Origin: Cyanophora paradoxa CCMP329
Lineage: Eukaryota; Plantae; Glaucophyta
DNA length: 64,000 nucleotides
Assembly (NCBI GenBank): GCA_004431415.1
Contig: QPMI01000017.1
Span: forward strand, 620,001 to 684,000
Direction of reading: 5' to 3'
Below, one piece after another: positions 61,901-64,000 of the stretch. The translations under genes were made by a program, and so were the position numbers. Positions within the stretch are counted from its first letter, which is position 1. Each line of letters starts with the position of its first letter. The notes beneath the pieces are model-generated. The model ran no database searches, was not told where the DNA came from, and saw only the letters and a list, made by a program, of their open reading frames with translations.

Positions 61901-64000
61901 CGCGCACACGAAATGGTCAGAAGCATTCCAAAATAATTATAATATAAACCAGCCGCAGCAAACTTTTATATAATAAATCGAATCGTCCGAGCGCAGAAGA
62001 TTACATAAAGGATGAGCCGGAGGCAGATGAGGAGGAGGGAGTCAACGGAGACGAGATGCAGATGCCCACAGCTGCGTCAAAGGGCTCAACTCGCACTCGG
62101 GCGTGCAAGGCACAGAAGAAGGCGCCGACAAACGAATCGACGTCCGATGAGGAAGACGAGGATCCGGAGGAGGATGATGATGATGACGACGAAGACGAGG
62201 AGTACACGGAAGGATCCGGAGGGGAGGAGGAAGAGGAGGAAGAGGAGTGCGAGGAGGAAGAGGAGGAGGAACAGGAGGGCGGGGAGGGTCCCGACGATGA
62301 GGCCGAGGAGGGCGAGGAGGAGCTCGAGGGCGAGGCCGCGCCCTCGGAGCCGCGGAGGGCAGGCGGAGCAGGCTTCCTGCGAAGTGTGTATCGCTCGCTA
62401 AATGGGAAAAAGTTCTTTGGCAAATTCACCTGGCATCGGACACACGCGCGTTATTATTTTGCTCCATTTTTAGCTTGAACTGACTTCAGTCTCTAGATTC
62501 ATGCGGGAACCGCATCTACCCGGGAGGTGAGCTGCCCATTTAATTCATATATAGCCCCTTCCAGCCACCTCTGCTCATGATCGTTTCAACGCGTAGGAAG
62601 CAGCCCGCATCCGCGACCGCCTCATCGTAGCCTGCCAGGAGCTCGACCTGTTCGAGGACGCTCCGACACACAACGACATTCCTGATGATGTGTTGTCGTA
62701 CCCGCGCTCAGGTTCTCCCCCGCTTACAATTTTAACTGAAGTGGCTAGCTCTAGATCTAGATCTGGTACTGAACTGGGCTGCAGAGTACGAAAACGAGCT
62801 GTTCGTTGCGGCGATTCGGCGTGGAGAGCTGCAGCTGCCATCGGCTGTTTCGAAGGCTCCTCGGGACTTTATTGCCGATATTCAGGCCGTCCGCGCGTTC
62901 CTCGCCGGCTTCGGAGCCTGGACCTCGACTCGGCGTGCGCAGAAGCGGAAAGGACAATCTAACGCGACGCATACGGTGGCAGGCGAGCAGGAGAACAGAT
63001 TGGGAAAGAAGGGGGAGGCCAAGAGGCGGGCAGAAGATTTAGAGGCATCCTCGAAGTTGGCCATTAATTCCTCCCCGGTCAGGCCTCGGGCGAGGCCGCT
63101 GCAGAAGAAGTTGCCATTAATTCCGACCCGGGCCCAGCGGCCTCGAGGGTCGACGGCAGTCTCTTTGAAACGCGTGTATCCCAACAAAAGCAAGTTTGCG
63201 GCCAAGTTTAAATGGCAGAAGAAGGAGGTGCGTTCCACTTCAGACTTGCTTTGCTCCCACCTTCCACTGCGAATCGATTTCAATTCAGATTTGGACACCT
63301 ACTGCACCTACCCGGGAGGTGTGCTCTGGCCAGTTTTCCCGGACCGGGCCATCCTGCTAATTGAGCTGCTTAGGAAGCGGCCCGCATCCGCGACCGCTTC
63401 ATCGTCGCCTGCCAGGAACTCGATCTCCTGAGTGGCGTCCCATCGAAAGATCGCATCCCTGACAAAAGACTCTCATTCCCGCGCTCCGGTTTTTCCCTGC
63501 TGCTCGAATTTATTGGCGCACGTAAAGAAACGGCTTTCATTGCTAATTATAACACCGGTCGCAGAGTACGAGGGCGAGCTGTTCTTTGCGGCCATTCGGC
63601 GGGGAGAGCTCAAGCTGCCAACTGCTTCTTCCGGAGGTCCTCGAGACGTGCGAGCCGATGTCTGGGCCGTCCGCTCGTTCCTCGAAAAGTTCGAAGTGGC
63701 TCGGCCGTGCTCGAGCGATGGTCAGCCGCAGAAACATATTGCAATTGACTGGAACGAGTAATATTTATGCCAATACGTTATAATTAATATAACAATTCGA
63801 TCACAGAGCACGACACCGCGGAGGGGATGGAGAAGGCTGTCGATGGTGAAGCAGATGCAGCACAATATGCATCCTCGAAACAGAAGTCGAAGGTATTTCC
63901 AATCCTGCGCCCGCGACAGGCACTCGGAAGCTCTTAATAAGGGCTTGCTCGTTGCAGAACAAGATGATCATGACTTCGGTCGGGGAGGCACAAAAGGCAG
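58976..64000 (+). CDS. Protein with at least 5 tandem AP2/ERF-like domains separated by acidic linkers (runs off the window; 5' end uncertain)
   Basis: Repeat e.g. RGVYMSVKGRNFSGSFTWHRKM|VHAGVAPTRE|EAVRIRDRCIVACQELDLL...LSYPRS|EYENEPFVAAIRRGELKLP parallels AP2 YRGV...W.A.I...LGTF.T.EEAARAYD.AA...LNFP..Y. Units at about 59581, 60433, 61300, 62370 and 63160 share intron positions; a partial unit lies at 58976-59235. Confidence 0.75.

Noticed and set aside
1-64000. Fanzor/TnpB, reverse transcriptase, integrase or giant-virus hallmark genes
   Set aside because: No RuvC, RT (YxDD), DDE or capsid motifs were recognised in the ORF track or in the spliced models I could build.

Overview
Eukaryotic, very GC-rich, intron-dense genomic DNA. 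Introns are typically 55-90 nt, GT/GC-AG, with CTRAC-like branch points, so the ORF track is mostly shadow ORFs and genes were assembled exon by exon. The style resembles a glaucophyte such as Cyanophora (inference only), and homopolymer indels suggest long-read errors. From left to right: a 7.58-kb-period tandem duplication of an unknown gene with a Mug135/Tdk1(DUF1773)-like gene between the copies; CK2 beta; TPPP/p25alpha; an F-box/LRR gene; a RING gene; a TBP-related factor lacking all four TATA-intercalating Phe; and a giant CBM20-like/coiled-coil/FN3 gene. Next is an AT-rich block with a Harbinger-type MITE, a hAT-type MITE and a 5'-truncated, micro-exon-built tandem F-type lectin gene. 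Then come a second F-box/LRR gene and a TTC7-like TPR gene whose last intron holds 8 tandem 169-bp units, each folding as an H/ACA snoRNA with both pockets matching the SNORA3/ACA3 LSU rRNA targets. The window ends with a small Cys-rich gene, an Mmm1-like SMP protein, a large membrane protein with about 13 D-x15-WR repeats, and a tandem array of AP2-like domains with variable recognition strands.
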